From assembly GCA_964422145.1 (NCBI GenBank), contig CAYQZV010000002.1, positions 150,817 through 214,816 on the forward strand: DNA of 64,000 nt. The letters are read 5' to 3'. A model generated the notes under the pieces. It did not search any database and had not been told where the DNA came from. It saw only the letters and a list, made by a program, of their open reading frames with translations. The stretch comes from an uncultured bacterium. GTDB lineage: Bacteria > Fidelibacterota > Marinisomatia > Marinisomatales > JACNKV01. Below, one piece after another: positions 1 through 9,735 of this stretch (positions within the stretch are counted from its first letter, which is position 1; each line of letters starts with the position of its first letter). Made by a program: the position numbers and the translations under genes.

Positions 1-78
1 CTCAGATGTTTCATTCACGATAATGATCGGATCGCCGATGTGGTTTAAAAATCCTGCAATCTCTTTTAAATGACTCAT
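1..78 (-). CDS. 5' end of an unidentified CDS running off the window (MSHLKEIAGFLNHIGDPIIIVNETSE...)
   Basis: ATG at 76-78 on the minus strand is preceded by an AGGGAG Shine-Dalgarno (84-89). The frame is open to the window edge. It is too short to assign. Confidence 0.3.
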   Translation of the reverse strand, partial: MSHLKEIAGFLNHIGDPIIIVNETSE

Positions 79-195
79 GGGAACTCCCTATGATCGATGG
101 TTGGTGTTGACGGATCGTTCATTCGGGGAATGACCGCTGCCCGAACGAAATGGATTCCCGGTCGAAACCGTATGAAGAATATAAGCAAAATGTGA

Positions 196-228
196 AATGA
201 AAAACAGCCTGCGTGAACAGGCTGTTTC
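196..228 (-). terminator. intrinsic terminator downstream of greA
   Basis: 8-bp stem ACAGCCTG/CAGGCTGT (204-211 / 218-225), followed on the minus strand by TTTTT. Confidence 0.75.
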
Positions 229-285
229 GATATTTTAATCTACTGTGATCAATCCGCGCAGGGAATCCGTCCCTGATATTGACAA

Positions 286-765
286 TTATTCTGACGATAT
301 CTTTTCAATGGATTTGATGGTGAACTTGATCGGTTTCCCTTGGATGTCCAGCGTGAAATATTCACCGACTTTTTTCCCGATGACGGCTTGCCCGAACGGG
401 GAATGGTAGGTGACAATCATCGGATAGATATCCAGATCGAATTCAATGGGACCTAAAATCCAATAGTCTTCAGCCTTTTTATCGCCCTCTTCAAGAATGG
501 CAACCTTCGTTCCGAATTCGACACTGTCAGTATCAATTTCGGCGTTCTCAACGATCTTAAACGGCGCATGGGACTGCATCAATTGTTTCTTATACACGAT
601 AAGGCTCTGCTCTTCCCTCGCGGCATGGTATTCTGCATTTTCTTTCAGATCGCCGTGATCGGCTGCATCCCTGATCTTTTGTGCGGTTTCTCGCTTTAAT
701 TTATCGAGCGCTTCCATTTCTTCTATCATTGCGCTGTACGTATCCCGCAAAATCAATGTCGCCAT
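286..765 (-). CDS. greA: transcription elongation factor GreA
   Basis: 159 aa. Carries the GreA hallmark DLKENAEYHAAREEQ in the N-terminal coiled coil, and has a GreA-type C-terminal domain. Confidence 0.93.
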   Translation of the reverse strand: MATLILRDTYSAMIEEMEALDKLKRETAQKIRDAADHGDLKENAEYHAAREEQSLIVYKKQLMQSHAPFKIVENAEIDTDSVEFGTKVAILEEGDKKAEDYWILGPIEFDLDIYPMIVTYHSPFGQAVIGKKVGEYFTLDIQGKPIKFTIKSIEKISSE

Positions 766-1049
766 GTGTTCATTCCTTTTTTGTCATCCTAATGGTTTGC
801 CCGGTCTGCTTTTCGGTGAAAAATGGGATCAAAAAAAGTCCAATCAAGCGCCTGCTTCTCATCGTCTATCATGGACATTCTTCCTCCCGAATACCGTTGT
901 ATACCGGGATTTCTTTGTAAATCGTTCCCTTTAATTTACTCTATTCTTAGCCGAATCTAAAACCTGAATTTCGCTCTAAGCGGCTGTGTTATATATGATT
1001 AAAAATCTAATGATATTATGCTGGTTTGGTCAGGAGAGTTGAAATCAGG

Positions 1050-2417
1050 TCAAAAACTGTATGTTGCTCCTAAACTGACATGTGAAAAATCTTCCATATC
1101 GTAGAAATGGCTGCCTTCTTTTCCGGCGAATCGGCTGAGCCGGGCGGTGAGATTCATGTTCTCAACCGGTGAGTATGATACCTCTCCGCCGATCATCAAT
1201 CCGCTTTCTTCCAGATCGTAAAATCCGTTTGTGGTGAGGTCTAACCGTCCGTCAAACAAGGCTGCTTTGGCTGATAGCATCGCACCCAGATCGGAAAGCA
1301 TCGCAAACGGTGTGCCCATCCCGGGGTGGAAATTGTCTTCTAAATTAAACGGAACAAATATTCCTGCCCCTTCAATCATCATCCAATCCGCTTCCAGTGA
1401 TTCACTGTTATCGCTGACATTGACTGTGTGACTCCCAATCATTTGACCTGAAAACATCACATCGAATGAACTTGTCCATTCCGCTTGGAATACAAATTGA
1501 ATATAGTCAGCTGTCATTGAAATTGGTACATGATTAAGCAATGAACTGGTATAAAATGACTCTATGTCTTTTGCTTTTGCTTCAGTACTAAAATATGCTC
1601 CTTCTCCCCGTAGCGTGAAATCATTGATAAATGTCACAAAGTCTAAACCAAATACTTGTGTATTCCGATATCCAAACAGGGATGGGATTTCAAAGCCCAT
1701 TGAAAAATCAGGCGTTTCTGAACCGTCTAACACTGACTTAGGAACGACCCTTTTCTGAACAGGACTAAATCCGCGATCGTGTCCGTTGAAATATGAAACA
1801 GAAATATCGCTTTCAAAGATTGATGTTTGTGCTCTGAATCCAAACTCAACCTCGCGTGTCACCGGCTCGTAGGATTCGGGCTCCATCGGCATGTCAATTG
1901 GAAAGTCCGTTTCACCGAAGGGCAGCAGGTTCGGATGATGCTCCGGAATGACCACCGCTTCAACCTGCCAGTTTCGCCAATAGGTTTTCACCGAAGCGGA
2001 CAGAGTTCCGATCTTTCGATCAGCCCCGGCAAGGAACATGTAATAATAATTGTACGGGTTCAAATTGTCCGTCGGGTTATTCCCGTCTGCGGCACCCCAT
2101 GCATGGATCTGCTTCCCGACTTTCACTTCTCCCCAGCTCGGATACCACGCCAAATAAACTTCATGAAGATCAACTTCGAGCTCACCGGTATCCCATCGAT
2201 ATTCCGCTTCGGATTCTGTGATCAGATCGAAACTATGATACGTATAGCTGAGTCCAAATTCGCCCATCCGAAACGGCAGGTTGATCCCTGATTGATCTGA
2301 AATTCGAATCATTTTCTCCACATGAATATCTCCGGAATAGTGAATCTGCGCCGATATAATCAGCGGAAAAAGAAAACTGAATCCGGCAAACATCATGCTT
2401 TTCGTTGGTCTCTTCAT
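1050..2417 (-). CDS. outer-membrane beta-barrel protein (DUF1302-like by context)
   Basis: Signal peptide MKRPTKSMMFAGFSFLFPLIISAQ and an aromatic C-terminus ...GATYSF typical of OM barrels. It is the last gene of the MMPL/ABC operon. Confidence 0.55.
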   Translation of the reverse strand: MKRPTKSMMFAGFSFLFPLIISAQIHYSGDIHVEKMIRISDQSGINLPFRMGEFGLSYTYHSFDLITESEAEYRWDTGELEVDLHEVYLAWYPSWGEVKVGKQIHAWGAADGNNPTDNLNPYNYYYMFLAGADRKIGTLSASVKTYWRNWQVEAVVIPEHHPNLLPFGETDFPIDMPMEPESYEPVTREVEFGFRAQTSIFESDISVSYFNGHDRGFSPVQKRVVPKSVLDGSETPDFSMGFEIPSLFGYRNTQVFGLDFVTFINDFTLRGEGAYFSTEAKAKDIESFYTSSLLNHVPISMTADYIQFVFQAEWTSSFDVMFSGQMIGSHTVNVSDNSESLEADWMMIEGAGIFVPFNLEDNFHPGMGTPFAMLSDLGAMLSAKAALFDGRLDLTTNGFYDLEESGLMIGGEVSYSPVENMNLTARLSRFAGKEGSHFYDMEDFSHVSLGATYSF

Positions 2418-2428
2418 TTCGCCTTCCT

Positions 2429-3178
2429 TTACTTTCTCGGCAGTCGTTTTAAGCTTTTTTCATGGAATAAGTTCGAGTCAACACCGGTATCCAGCTCAAT
2501 GGATTCAAACGTCAGTTTTGTCGTGTGTTTCCGCTGAACGTCCTCCACAAATATTTCCGTCGGCACCACATACTCTTTGATCTCGGTGTACGCAAACGTC
2601 TTCGATTTTTTCAGTTTCCCGCTCACATCGTATGACTCTTCTTTCAGCGGAATGAGGTCGGTTTTCTCAACCCAGGCGATGTGTTTGCTGTAATTCGATT
2701 TGATCTCTTTTTTCGGTGTGATCTCAAGGACGTAGCACTCGGTTTCGCCCAATGCTTCATCCGCTAACCGCTCGTAACTATGGTCGGATAATTCACGGTT
2801 TGACATGTCTTCATAACTCATGTCCGAGCCCATAAATGAATCGCCTTTTTTCTTGGATGAAATCCGCCGAACTTTCTTAAACGCCGGAAGCCACATCCGC
2901 ATTTCATCGTCTTTCCCTTCATGTTCGATTTTGAGGAAAGCGACGCCTTTATCATCTGCGGGAGCTAAAAACCAGATGATCTGTTTCTCACCGCCGCCCA
3001 TTGTTACCGAGTGGATCTTCGACGTCCGGGTCTGCCCGCTTTTATTTCTTAAGACCATGGTCAAATCCGAGGACATGTCTTTTGGCGTTTTTCGTGTATT
3101 GATCTGTTCGGCAATTTCAAGACCGGTCTGCGAAAATATCACGGTCGTTAACATCATGAGTGATATGAATTTTTTCAT
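2429..3178 (-). CDS. LolA-like outer-membrane lipoprotein-sorting family protein
   Basis: The start is moved to MKKFISLMMLTTVIFSQ (ATG 3176-3178, GGAGAT SD upstream). It has a signal peptide. Its size and context next to an RND/MMPL exporter match LolA-like (PF17131-type) proteins. Confidence 0.5.
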   Translation of the reverse strand: MKKFISLMMLTTVIFSQTGLEIAEQINTRKTPKDMSSDLTMVLRNKSGQTRTSKIHSVTMGGGEKQIIWFLAPADDKGVAFLKIEHEGKDDEMRMWLPAFKKVRRISSKKKGDSFMGSDMSYEDMSNRELSDHSYERLADEALGETECYVLEITPKKEIKSNYSKHIAWVEKTDLIPLKEESYDVSGKLKKSKTFAYTEIKEYVVPTEIFVEDVQRKHTTKLTFESIELDTGVDSNLFHEKSLKRLPRK

Positions 3179-3195
3179 AGAAATCTCCAATTTTA

Positions 3196-4395
3196 TTATG
3201 TTCTAAAGATAACATTTTCATTATTAAACCATCGTCGGGCAAAGAGCATGCTTGCAGCCGCGATCGTAAACATCACGACATAAACCTCCGCCAACAACCA
3301 GCCGTTCACCGTTCCTGCAATGACATCTTTTGTCACCAGCGAAATGTTCAAAATCGGAACCATCGCCGTCAGGTAATTCAGCTCAATCCCAGGGATGAGC
3401 CCAAGGATGACCGGAACGATAAACACAATGTTCAGCGGCCCGATTATGCTTTGAGCTTCTTTGAAGGTTTTTGCATAGATGCTGAGGGACATCAGTACTG
3501 CCGAAAACAGCACAGCGATCGGGATGATGAGCGAGAAAACCAGAAAAACGGTTTGGGGTTGAACGATGTCAAAGATCACTCCCATCACTTTTGAGCTTCC
3601 ACCGGTCATCGGCAATTGCGTGACAGCAATAAAAATACCGAGTATCCCAAATGCGGCCGACGTCAATCCGGACAAGGTCACGAGACTGAATTTACCCAAA
3701 AGAATTTCCATCCGGTTCGCGGGAGACGCTAAGAGGGTTTCGAGTGTTCCCCGTTCTTTTTCACCGGCACCCAAGTCAATGGCAGGCATCATCGCCCCCA
3801 TAAAACAGGATAACACAAAAAAGTATGGAAGAAACCCGCCGGCTAATTTTCCGACCCGCTCTCTCATCGGTGCTAAGTTTTGATAACTGACGTCCAACGG
3901 CGATAACACCGCCTGCCGAATTTCAAAACGATCTAACCGCTGACCGATTACCATTTGATCATACTCATGAAAGACACCTTGCATTCGTCTTCGGAGCCAG
4001 TTCATATCTTCCGCTGATCGAAAGATCACAGACAGTTTTGCCGGTGTCATGGATTCAATATCCTGTGAAAATGTTTCGGGAATTTCCACAACCACATCAA
4101 TGGTTTCATCCTTTATTTTTCCGGTCAATCCTGTCGTATCGGCTTCGTTCGTCACTGTCAAATCTTCTTTGGTCTGCATAAACTGATATAAGTCCGCTGC
4201 AAACTCCGCTCCAACGACCGTTACTTTGAGTTGCTTGGTTCGCTCCTTTTGTTCAGCTTTGTGGAAAAAGCTCGGTATTCCTGTGATGAGAAGCGGGAAG
4301 ATCACCATCGGAAAAACGATCATGAAAAAGATGGAACGGCGGTCACGAAGCATATCTTTCAGTTCTTTGAGAAAAATGATCTTAATTTTTTTCAT
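3196..4395 (-). CDS. ABC-2 family transporter permease (NatB-like)
   Basis: 399 aa with one N-terminal TM, a large extracytoplasmic loop and a C-terminal TM bundle. It has an ATGA overlap with the upstream ATPase gene. Confidence 0.7.
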   Translation of the reverse strand: MKKIKIIFLKELKDMLRDRRSIFFMIVFPMVIFPLLITGIPSFFHKAEQKERTKQLKVTVVGAEFAADLYQFMQTKEDLTVTNEADTTGLTGKIKDETIDVVVEIPETFSQDIESMTPAKLSVIFRSAEDMNWLRRRMQGVFHEYDQMVIGQRLDRFEIRQAVLSPLDVSYQNLAPMRERVGKLAGGFLPYFFVLSCFMGAMMPAIDLGAGEKERGTLETLLASPANRMEILLGKFSLVTLSGLTSAAFGILGIFIAVTQLPMTGGSSKVMGVIFDIVQPQTVFLVFSLIIPIAVLFSAVLMSLSIYAKTFKEAQSIIGPLNIVFIVPVILGLIPGIELNYLTAMVPILNISLVTKDVIAGTVNGWLLAEVYVVMFTIAAASMLFARRWFNNENVIFRT

Positions 4396-5156
4396 GACGA
4401 TTCTCCGGTTAAACGAATGAATTCATCTTCGAAAAATTCCGATTCCATCTGGGCTTCGAAGGCTGACTTCGTTCCGTTATAAAACAATTTACTTTTGTGG
4501 ATGATTGCCAGATCGTCCATCAGGGATTGGGCTTCACCCATACGATGCGTTGAAAAAATGACGGTTTTGCCTTCATCCCGGCATGAGCGAATCAGCTGAA
4601 TGATGGTCCGGGATGTCATCACATCCAATCCTGTCGTCGGTTCATCAAACACCACCACCTGCGGGTCGTGGATGACCGTCCGAACGATTGACACTTTTTG
4701 CTTCATCCCAGAACTCAGTTTAGCGACCCTTCGCGATGTATAGTCATACATGTCCAGCCGGTCGTACAATTCGTTCTTTCGCCGATGAAATTTGTTTGGA
4801 TCCATCCCGTTCAAATCGGCATAATACTTCACCAATTCATCCACGGTCAGCCGGTCGTATAGCGCTGTATTGCTGGACATGAATCCCATCACGCCCCGCA
4901 CCTTATCCGGATCGGTTTGTGTGTCAAATCCGTTTACGAGAATCTGTCCTTCCGTCGGTTTGAGCATGGTGGCGATCATCCGTAAAAGGGTGGTTTTTCC
5001 GGCGCCGTTTGGTCCCAAAAGACCAAAGATTCGCCCGGGTTTACACTCTAAACTAACGCAATCCACCGCCGTGAGTTTTCGGGTCGGTAGTCTCAAATCT
5101 TTCTGCTGTTTTCGAGACACCTTAAACACTTTTGACACATTGGATATCTGAATCAT
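4392..5156 (-). CDS. ABC transporter ATP-binding protein (NatA-like)
   Basis: Walker [13 protein letters not shown] signature LSSGMKQK, Walker [13 protein letters not shown]. Confidence 0.95.
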   Translation of the reverse strand: MIQISNVSKVFKVSRKQQKDLRLPTRKLTAVDCVSLECKPGRIFGLLGPNGAGKTTLLRMIATMLKPTEGQILVNGFDTQTDPDKVRGVMGFMSSNTALYDRLTVDELVKYYADLNGMDPNKFHRRKNELYDRLDMYDYTSRRVAKLSSGMKQKVSIVRTVIHDPQVVVFDEPTTGLDVMTSRTIIQLIRSCRDEGKTVIFSTHRMGEAQSLMDDLAIIHKSKLFYNGTKSAFEAQMESEFFEDEFIRLTGESS

Positions 5157-5201
5157 TTTATTCCTCTTTTACAATGTTAAACATTTACATTGATACAGCA
5201 A

Positions 5202-7493
5202 TTAAACTTTGGACAAAGTCTTTTTATTTAGTTCGATGAGAGATGTCAAAACTGTCAAGGTTCCGATCGAACAGGAAACCATGGCCAGCACCATTAATCC
5301 GCCCATGAACTGTAACGGCAAAAATGTAGAAAATGCCAACGCGCCGAAGGACATATTTGCGAACGCATCCAGCATGATCGGATACCCGACATCATCGACC
5401 ACTTCCCGACTGATGATGGTGAGGTCCGTCCCTGCTTTTACATTATTCCGGAACTGCGCGATGTAGTGAATGGCAAAATCCACTCCCACACCGATAATGA
5501 TCGCGGATAAAATCGCCGTGATATGACTGAGATCAATCCCAATAAATCCCATTAAACCAAAGTTCAGGATCACGGCAGATGATAACGGAACAACCGCCAA
5601 AACACCCCATTTGAAAGATTTATAAAAGATCCATGCAATGGCAAAAATAGCAAAAATGGATACAACCATGCTGACCATAAACGACTGGATCAGCAGTTGT
5701 GTAAAATCATTCATGATCGCCATTAACCCGGTCACTCTCATTTTTATATTTTCTGGAACTTTCTCAGAAATGTAACTCTCCACTGAGCGGGTGAATTTTA
5801 CAATCTCGCTTGTCGGAACGGTTTTCATCATGGCCGTCATTACAGCATTCTCGTAATTGTAATCCACTAGGCTGCTGAAATCATCCGGGTCACCGGACAT
5901 TGAATACATTGTAAAAAGGTTATTTACTTTATCGCGTGTTTCCGGAATCGTTTCATACTCCGGATTGTCATCCTCTACCACACGGTGCATTTGCTTGACA
6001 ATATCGACAATCGATATCGTTGTATTGACCATTGGATAACCTTCAACATGATCCTGAATATTCTCAATAACTTCCAAAGTTTTTGGGTCTTTAATCTCCC
6101 CTTTGACATCGACGACCATGTTCATCGTTCCCGTCATTTCATTATCGATAAACTCAATGCTTTGCCGAATCGGGTTCCCCGGTTTAAAAAAGGATGTGAT
6201 ATTGACTTCCACTCGCAATTTTGATATCCCGATTGCGCTGATCAAAACGATGGTAATCCCTGCGATCAAAACCTTCTTTGGATGTCGTAAAATACGTTTT
6301 GCGAACCAATCGATCATGCGTTCAAAATAGCTGGCGCGTGAAAGTGCATTCGAGCTTAAATCCCATTTTTTCAACAGGATAACTGCAGGTAAATATGTCA
6401 CGGATAAAAACCATGCCCATACCACTCCGAATGCAATTGTAATCCCATAACCGACCATCGGACCGATCGGGGCTGTTACCAGCATTAAAAAGGCAACCGA
6501 TGTGGTTACGGATGTCAAAAAAACCGGAAGCATTAACGAACGCATGGTGATCTCCACCGATTTTTGGATATCACGATGCTTTCTCGCTTCTCTTAAAAAT
6601 TTGGTGAGAATATGAATACTGTCTTGGTTCGCAATGGTTAACAAGATGATGGGCATCGATGAATTCATTAAGGTCATATAAAACTTTGAAGAACCGGTCA
6701 AATGCACAACCCAACCCATAAATCCCATCATCGAAACCAGCGAAAGAACAATCAAAGACAACACCATCCCGACGGCAGGAACATTCCGGAAATTAACCAG
6801 CAAAACCAGGATCATGATAATTAATCCAACCCGCATCAAAAGGAACATATCCACACGAATTAAACTACTGATAATTCCGGTGACATAGGGAGCCCCGCCG
6901 TAATTCACTTCATAATCCGCCAGCAAACTGTCTCCAATCGCTTTTACTCCTTCGGCAAGACTGGGATAATCAATCGACGCTTTTGGTCGTAAAACCACAT
7001 TAATGAAATCTCCATGTTTGCTGACTAAACGATCTTTGATAGTAGGGTTCCGATCTAAATAACCGGCAATATCATCTATCTCACTTTGCGATAAATCACG
7101 ACTCGGCACCATATCGCTGATCTCCATGAATCCATCGATGTTTTCCATTCGATTGGTACTGACGATTGAGATCACTTCATCCACGGTTTCAATTTGTTCT
7201 AATGCTTCGGTTAAATCCCATGCAGTGGATAAAACCTTACTGTTTATCGCAGACTCTCCACGGTTTCCGAATGTAATAAGCATCATATCGATGGTTCCGA
7301 ATTTCTCCTGAACTTCATCCCACGCTTTGCGGGATTCAATATTATCCGGTAACATTTTCAACATATCATCATCAAATACAATCCAACGTATTCCGCTGGC
7401 AAAAAAGAGGGTGAATAATAGGGAGAGGAGCACAGTCAGTTTTGGGTGGCTTGTGACTCGATGAATAATTTTATCTCTAAATTGATGTACCAT
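5202..7493 (-). CDS. MMPL/RND-superfamily exporter
   Basis: 763 aa. It has two repeats of a large periplasmic domain followed by a 5-6 TM bundle, as in COG1033/MMPL-type exporters. Confidence 0.8.
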   Translation of the reverse strand: MVHQFRDKIIHRVTSHPKLTVLLSLLFTLFFASGIRWIVFDDDMLKMLPDNIESRKAWDEVQEKFGTIDMMLITFGNRGESAINSKVLSTAWDLTEALEQIETVDEVISIVSTNRMENIDGFMEISDMVPSRDLSQSEIDDIAGYLDRNPTIKDRLVSKHGDFINVVLRPKASIDYPSLAEGVKAIGDSLLADYEVNYGGAPYVTGIISSLIRVDMFLLMRVGLIIMILVLLVNFRNVPAVGMVLSLIVLSLVSMMGFMGWVVHLTGSSKFYMTLMNSSMPIILLTIANQDSIHILTKFLREARKHRDIQKSVEITMRSLMLPVFLTSVTTSVAFLMLVTAPIGPMVGYGITIAFGVVWAWFLSVTYLPAVILLKKWDLSSNALSRASYFERMIDWFAKRILRHPKKVLIAGITIVLISAIGISKLRVEVNITSFFKPGNPIRQSIEFIDNEMTGTMNMVVDVKGEIKDPKTLEVIENIQDHVEGYPMVNTTISIVDIVKQMHRVVEDDNPEYETIPETRDKVNNLFTMYSMSGDPDDFSSLVDYNYENAVMTAMMKTVPTSEIVKFTRSVESYISEKVPENIKMRVTGLMAIMNDFTQLLIQSFMVSMVVSIFAIFAIAWIFYKSFKWGVLAVVPLSSAVILNFGLMGFIGIDLSHITAILSAIIIGVGVDFAIHYIAQFRNNVKAGTDLTIISREVVDDVGYPIMLDAFANMSFGALAFSTFLPLQFMGGLMVLAMVSCSIGTLTVLTSLIELNKKTLSKV

Positions 7494-7495
7494 AT

Positions 7496-8104
7496 TTAGA
7501 TTTCTTTCTTAATGATGTTTATTCCTTTTTTCGTAAATAATCCGGAAGTGATGATATTCAAAAAAAGACGCATAGCTTCATCCGGAGCGAAATTGTTTCG
7601 AATAAAAAACTCCGGCTGGAAGGTTGAATTGATCAGGTTGATCAATAACGTAGCTGTTTTTTCCGGAGGAATGTCTTTACGGACAAATCCTTTATTCTGC
7701 CCGTCTAACAGCAAGGATTTGACATGATCCTGCTGATTCAAACGAAAGGTTTCTATTTTCATCCACGCTTTTGGATGTTGAATTTTTAAATCAGCCATCC
7801 GATCTGCAGAAATATGAGATATATGACTGAGTATAATTTGGGCCATATTAATAAATCGAATGACAGGATTTTCTTCCATTTGGATTGCCTGTTGAATCCT
7901 GGTGTTAATCCGGTTTACAAAATATTCAATGCTTTCTTCTAATAGAATCTCTTTGGTAGGAAAATATTTATAGATCGTTTTTTTACTGATCCGAAGCTGT
8001 TTTGAAAACGCATCAACAGTAAATGAACGGATTCCGCCTTCGAGTAAAGCTTGCGAACTCTGCAGTAAAATATGTTCTTTTTGAGTATGGTAATTATCTT
8101 CCAA
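7496..8104 (-). CDS. TetR/AcrR family transcriptional regulator
   Basis: N-terminal HTH FTVDAFSKQLRISKKTIYKYFPTKEILL. About 200 aa. It sits immediately upstream of the exporter operon. Confidence 0.85.
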   Translation of the reverse strand: MEDNYHTQKEHILLQSSQALLEGGIRSFTVDAFSKQLRISKKTIYKYFPTKEILLEESIEYFVNRINTRIQQAIQMEENPVIRFINMAQIILSHISHISADRMADLKIQHPKAWMKIETFRLNQQDHVKSLLLDGQNKGFVRKDIPPEKTATLLINLINSTFQPEFFIRNNFAPDEAMRLFLNIITSGLFTKKGINIIKKEI

Positions 8105-8221
8105 TGGAAACGATATTCGTATATTTCGTTTCCGATATTAAAACTATTCCTCGATTGTTTCAAAGAAAAATATTTCATAATTCCTCAAATATCATTTACC
8201 TGAACTTCAGTAAATTTTAAC

Positions 8222-9127
8222 ATGATTCCGGATATAAATGATCAACTTAAACCGCGCCCGCGCAAATATCGGAATATCGCAAAACATCTACTGCCTTATT
8301 TACGCACGGTTAATGAAGATACTGGTCCTCTCACAGGCGAGGATATTTTTCATGATCTGTCTACAAGCAAAGGAACCGATCGTTTTTTGGGTACATTCAC
8401 ACATAAAGGGATCACTTTTGTATTAGATAAATTCGGAGTTCTCCGACAGTTGAAACAAGCAGGCCTTCCCAACCCGACTTGCCAGTTAAACACGGAAGAT
8501 CCCTATATCCACCGAATTTCTCTCCATCATTCAATCAAATCAGAAAATTATCTGTCAGCTGAATTATCCATGCGAAAAACCACCATGGATTTCCCAAACG
8601 GTAAGAAACCGTTCACTCTTCTGCTGGTGGAATGGTTTATGTTGCAGCATCCGTTAAAAAAGTTTTCCCGTAGAAGGCCGCAGCTTCCCGGACAAAATTA
8701 TCCCGGGCTTGGGATAAGTGAATTGATCTTTGAATTATTCTATTGGACAGCTCGGAGAATGGGCTTAGATGGAGTTGTGCTCGTCCCAAACTATCTGCAC
8801 ACCGGATTATTTTACGGAAGACAATTCCTATTCATCGATCCGGTTCGGCAAGGAGAATTGTATTCATTAGATAAATTGAAAAACCATAGACATACACTCG
8901 ACCAGCTCTCATGGGCCTGCGCTGAAGGACAATTAATCCAAATCGGACAACAGGATCGATACGAATGGATCCCGTCACCGATGGTACTTCCCGTCTCCCG
9001 TATCCTGAAAGATTATTTCCATCAGCATAATTATGTTCACACGGTACGTCAAACCCGGAAAGATTTCCGAGTAAAAATCAACTCGGGATATTCAAAAAAG
9101 TATACATCAAACTGGACATCTTCATGA
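8222..9127 (+). CDS. hypothetical protein (first gene of the thiamine/phosphate operon)
   Basis: 301-aa ORF with coding-like composition. Its stop overlaps the next start (ATGA at 9124-9127). I recognise no family. Confidence 0.6.
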   Translation: MIPDINDQLKPRPRKYRNIAKHLLPYLRTVNEDTGPLTGEDIFHDLSTSKGTDRFLGTFTHKGITFVLDKFGVLRQLKQAGLPNPTCQLNTEDPYIHRISLHHSIKSENYLSAELSMRKTTMDFPNGKKPFTLLLVEWFMLQHPLKKFSRRRPQLPGQNYPGLGISELIFELFYWTARRMGLDGVVLVPNYLHTGLFYGRQFLFIDPVRQGELYSLDKLKNHRHTLDQLSWACAEGQLIQIGQQDRYEWIPSPMVLPVSRILKDYFHQHNYVHTVRQTRKDFRVKINSGYSKKYTSNWTSS

Positions 9128-9735
9128 CTGAATCTGTTGTGATCTTAGCCAACGGATGTTTTCCGACGCATGAGATTCCTTTATCACTTTTAACCTATGC
9201 AGGGACGATCATCTGTACCGACGGCAGTGCAGATAAATTGGTTTCGCACGGAAAATCGCCGGATGCGATCATTGGAGATATGGATTCAATTTCGTCTAAA
9301 CCGTCTCGTCAAATAAAGACTGTCGTTCAATCCAGTCAAGAAAACACCGATCTCGAAAAAGCTGTAATTTGGTGCTGTGACCAAAACGTAAAAAATATCG
9401 TGATTCTCGGAAGCCAAGGAGAGCGGGATGATCATGGGTTTGCATCCTTGTTTATCCAATCTGCGTACATAAGTAAAACAACGATCCGGCTGGTCACGGA
9501 TTATTACACCATCGATTGTGTCACAGGGGAAAAAACATTTTCATCCTTCCCGAATCAAACCATATCCATTTTACCCGTTCAGCCGGATGCGATTATCACC
9601 ACGAGCGGATTGCAGTATAATCTTGATCATCAAAAATTAACATATCCGAGTCAAGGCATCAGCAATCGGGCTGAGGATGACTCATTTACGCTGCACACAT
9701 CAAAACCCGTTTGGGTCTTTCGGTCGCACGAATGA
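9124..9735 (+). CDS. thiN: thiamine pyrophosphokinase
   Basis: 203 aa. Carries the TPK catalytic-domain motifs ICTDGSA, IIGDMDS and NTDLEKA, followed by a thiamine-binding C-domain. Confidence 0.8.
   Translation: MTESVVILANGCFPTHEIPLSLLTYAGTIICTDGSADKLVSHGKSPDAIIGDMDSISSKPSRQIKTVVQSSQENTDLEKAVIWCCDQNVKNIVILGSQGERDDHGFASLFIQSAYISKTTIRLVTDYYTIDCVTGEKTFSSFPNQTISILPVQPDAIITTSGLQYNLDHQKLTYPSQGISNRAEDDSFTLHTSKPVWVFRSHE

Noticed and set aside
79-200. Possible alternative hairpins (TTCGGG/CCCGAA versus GGGAAT/ATTCCC) in the leader of the truncated gene at the left edge.
   Set aside because: The stems are short. The downstream gene is unidentified and truncated, and there is no recognisable riboswitch consensus. 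The case cannot be supported.
681-920. 79-aa plus-strand ORF overlapping the greA start region.
   Set aside because: It overlaps greA antisense, its sequence is low-complexity and hydrophobic, and it resembles no known family.
1231-2291. Plus-strand ORFs (66, 64 and 154 aa) inside the OM barrel gene.
   Set aside because: They are antisense shadows of a well-supported 455-aa gene, with Arg/Ser/Pro-rich translations.
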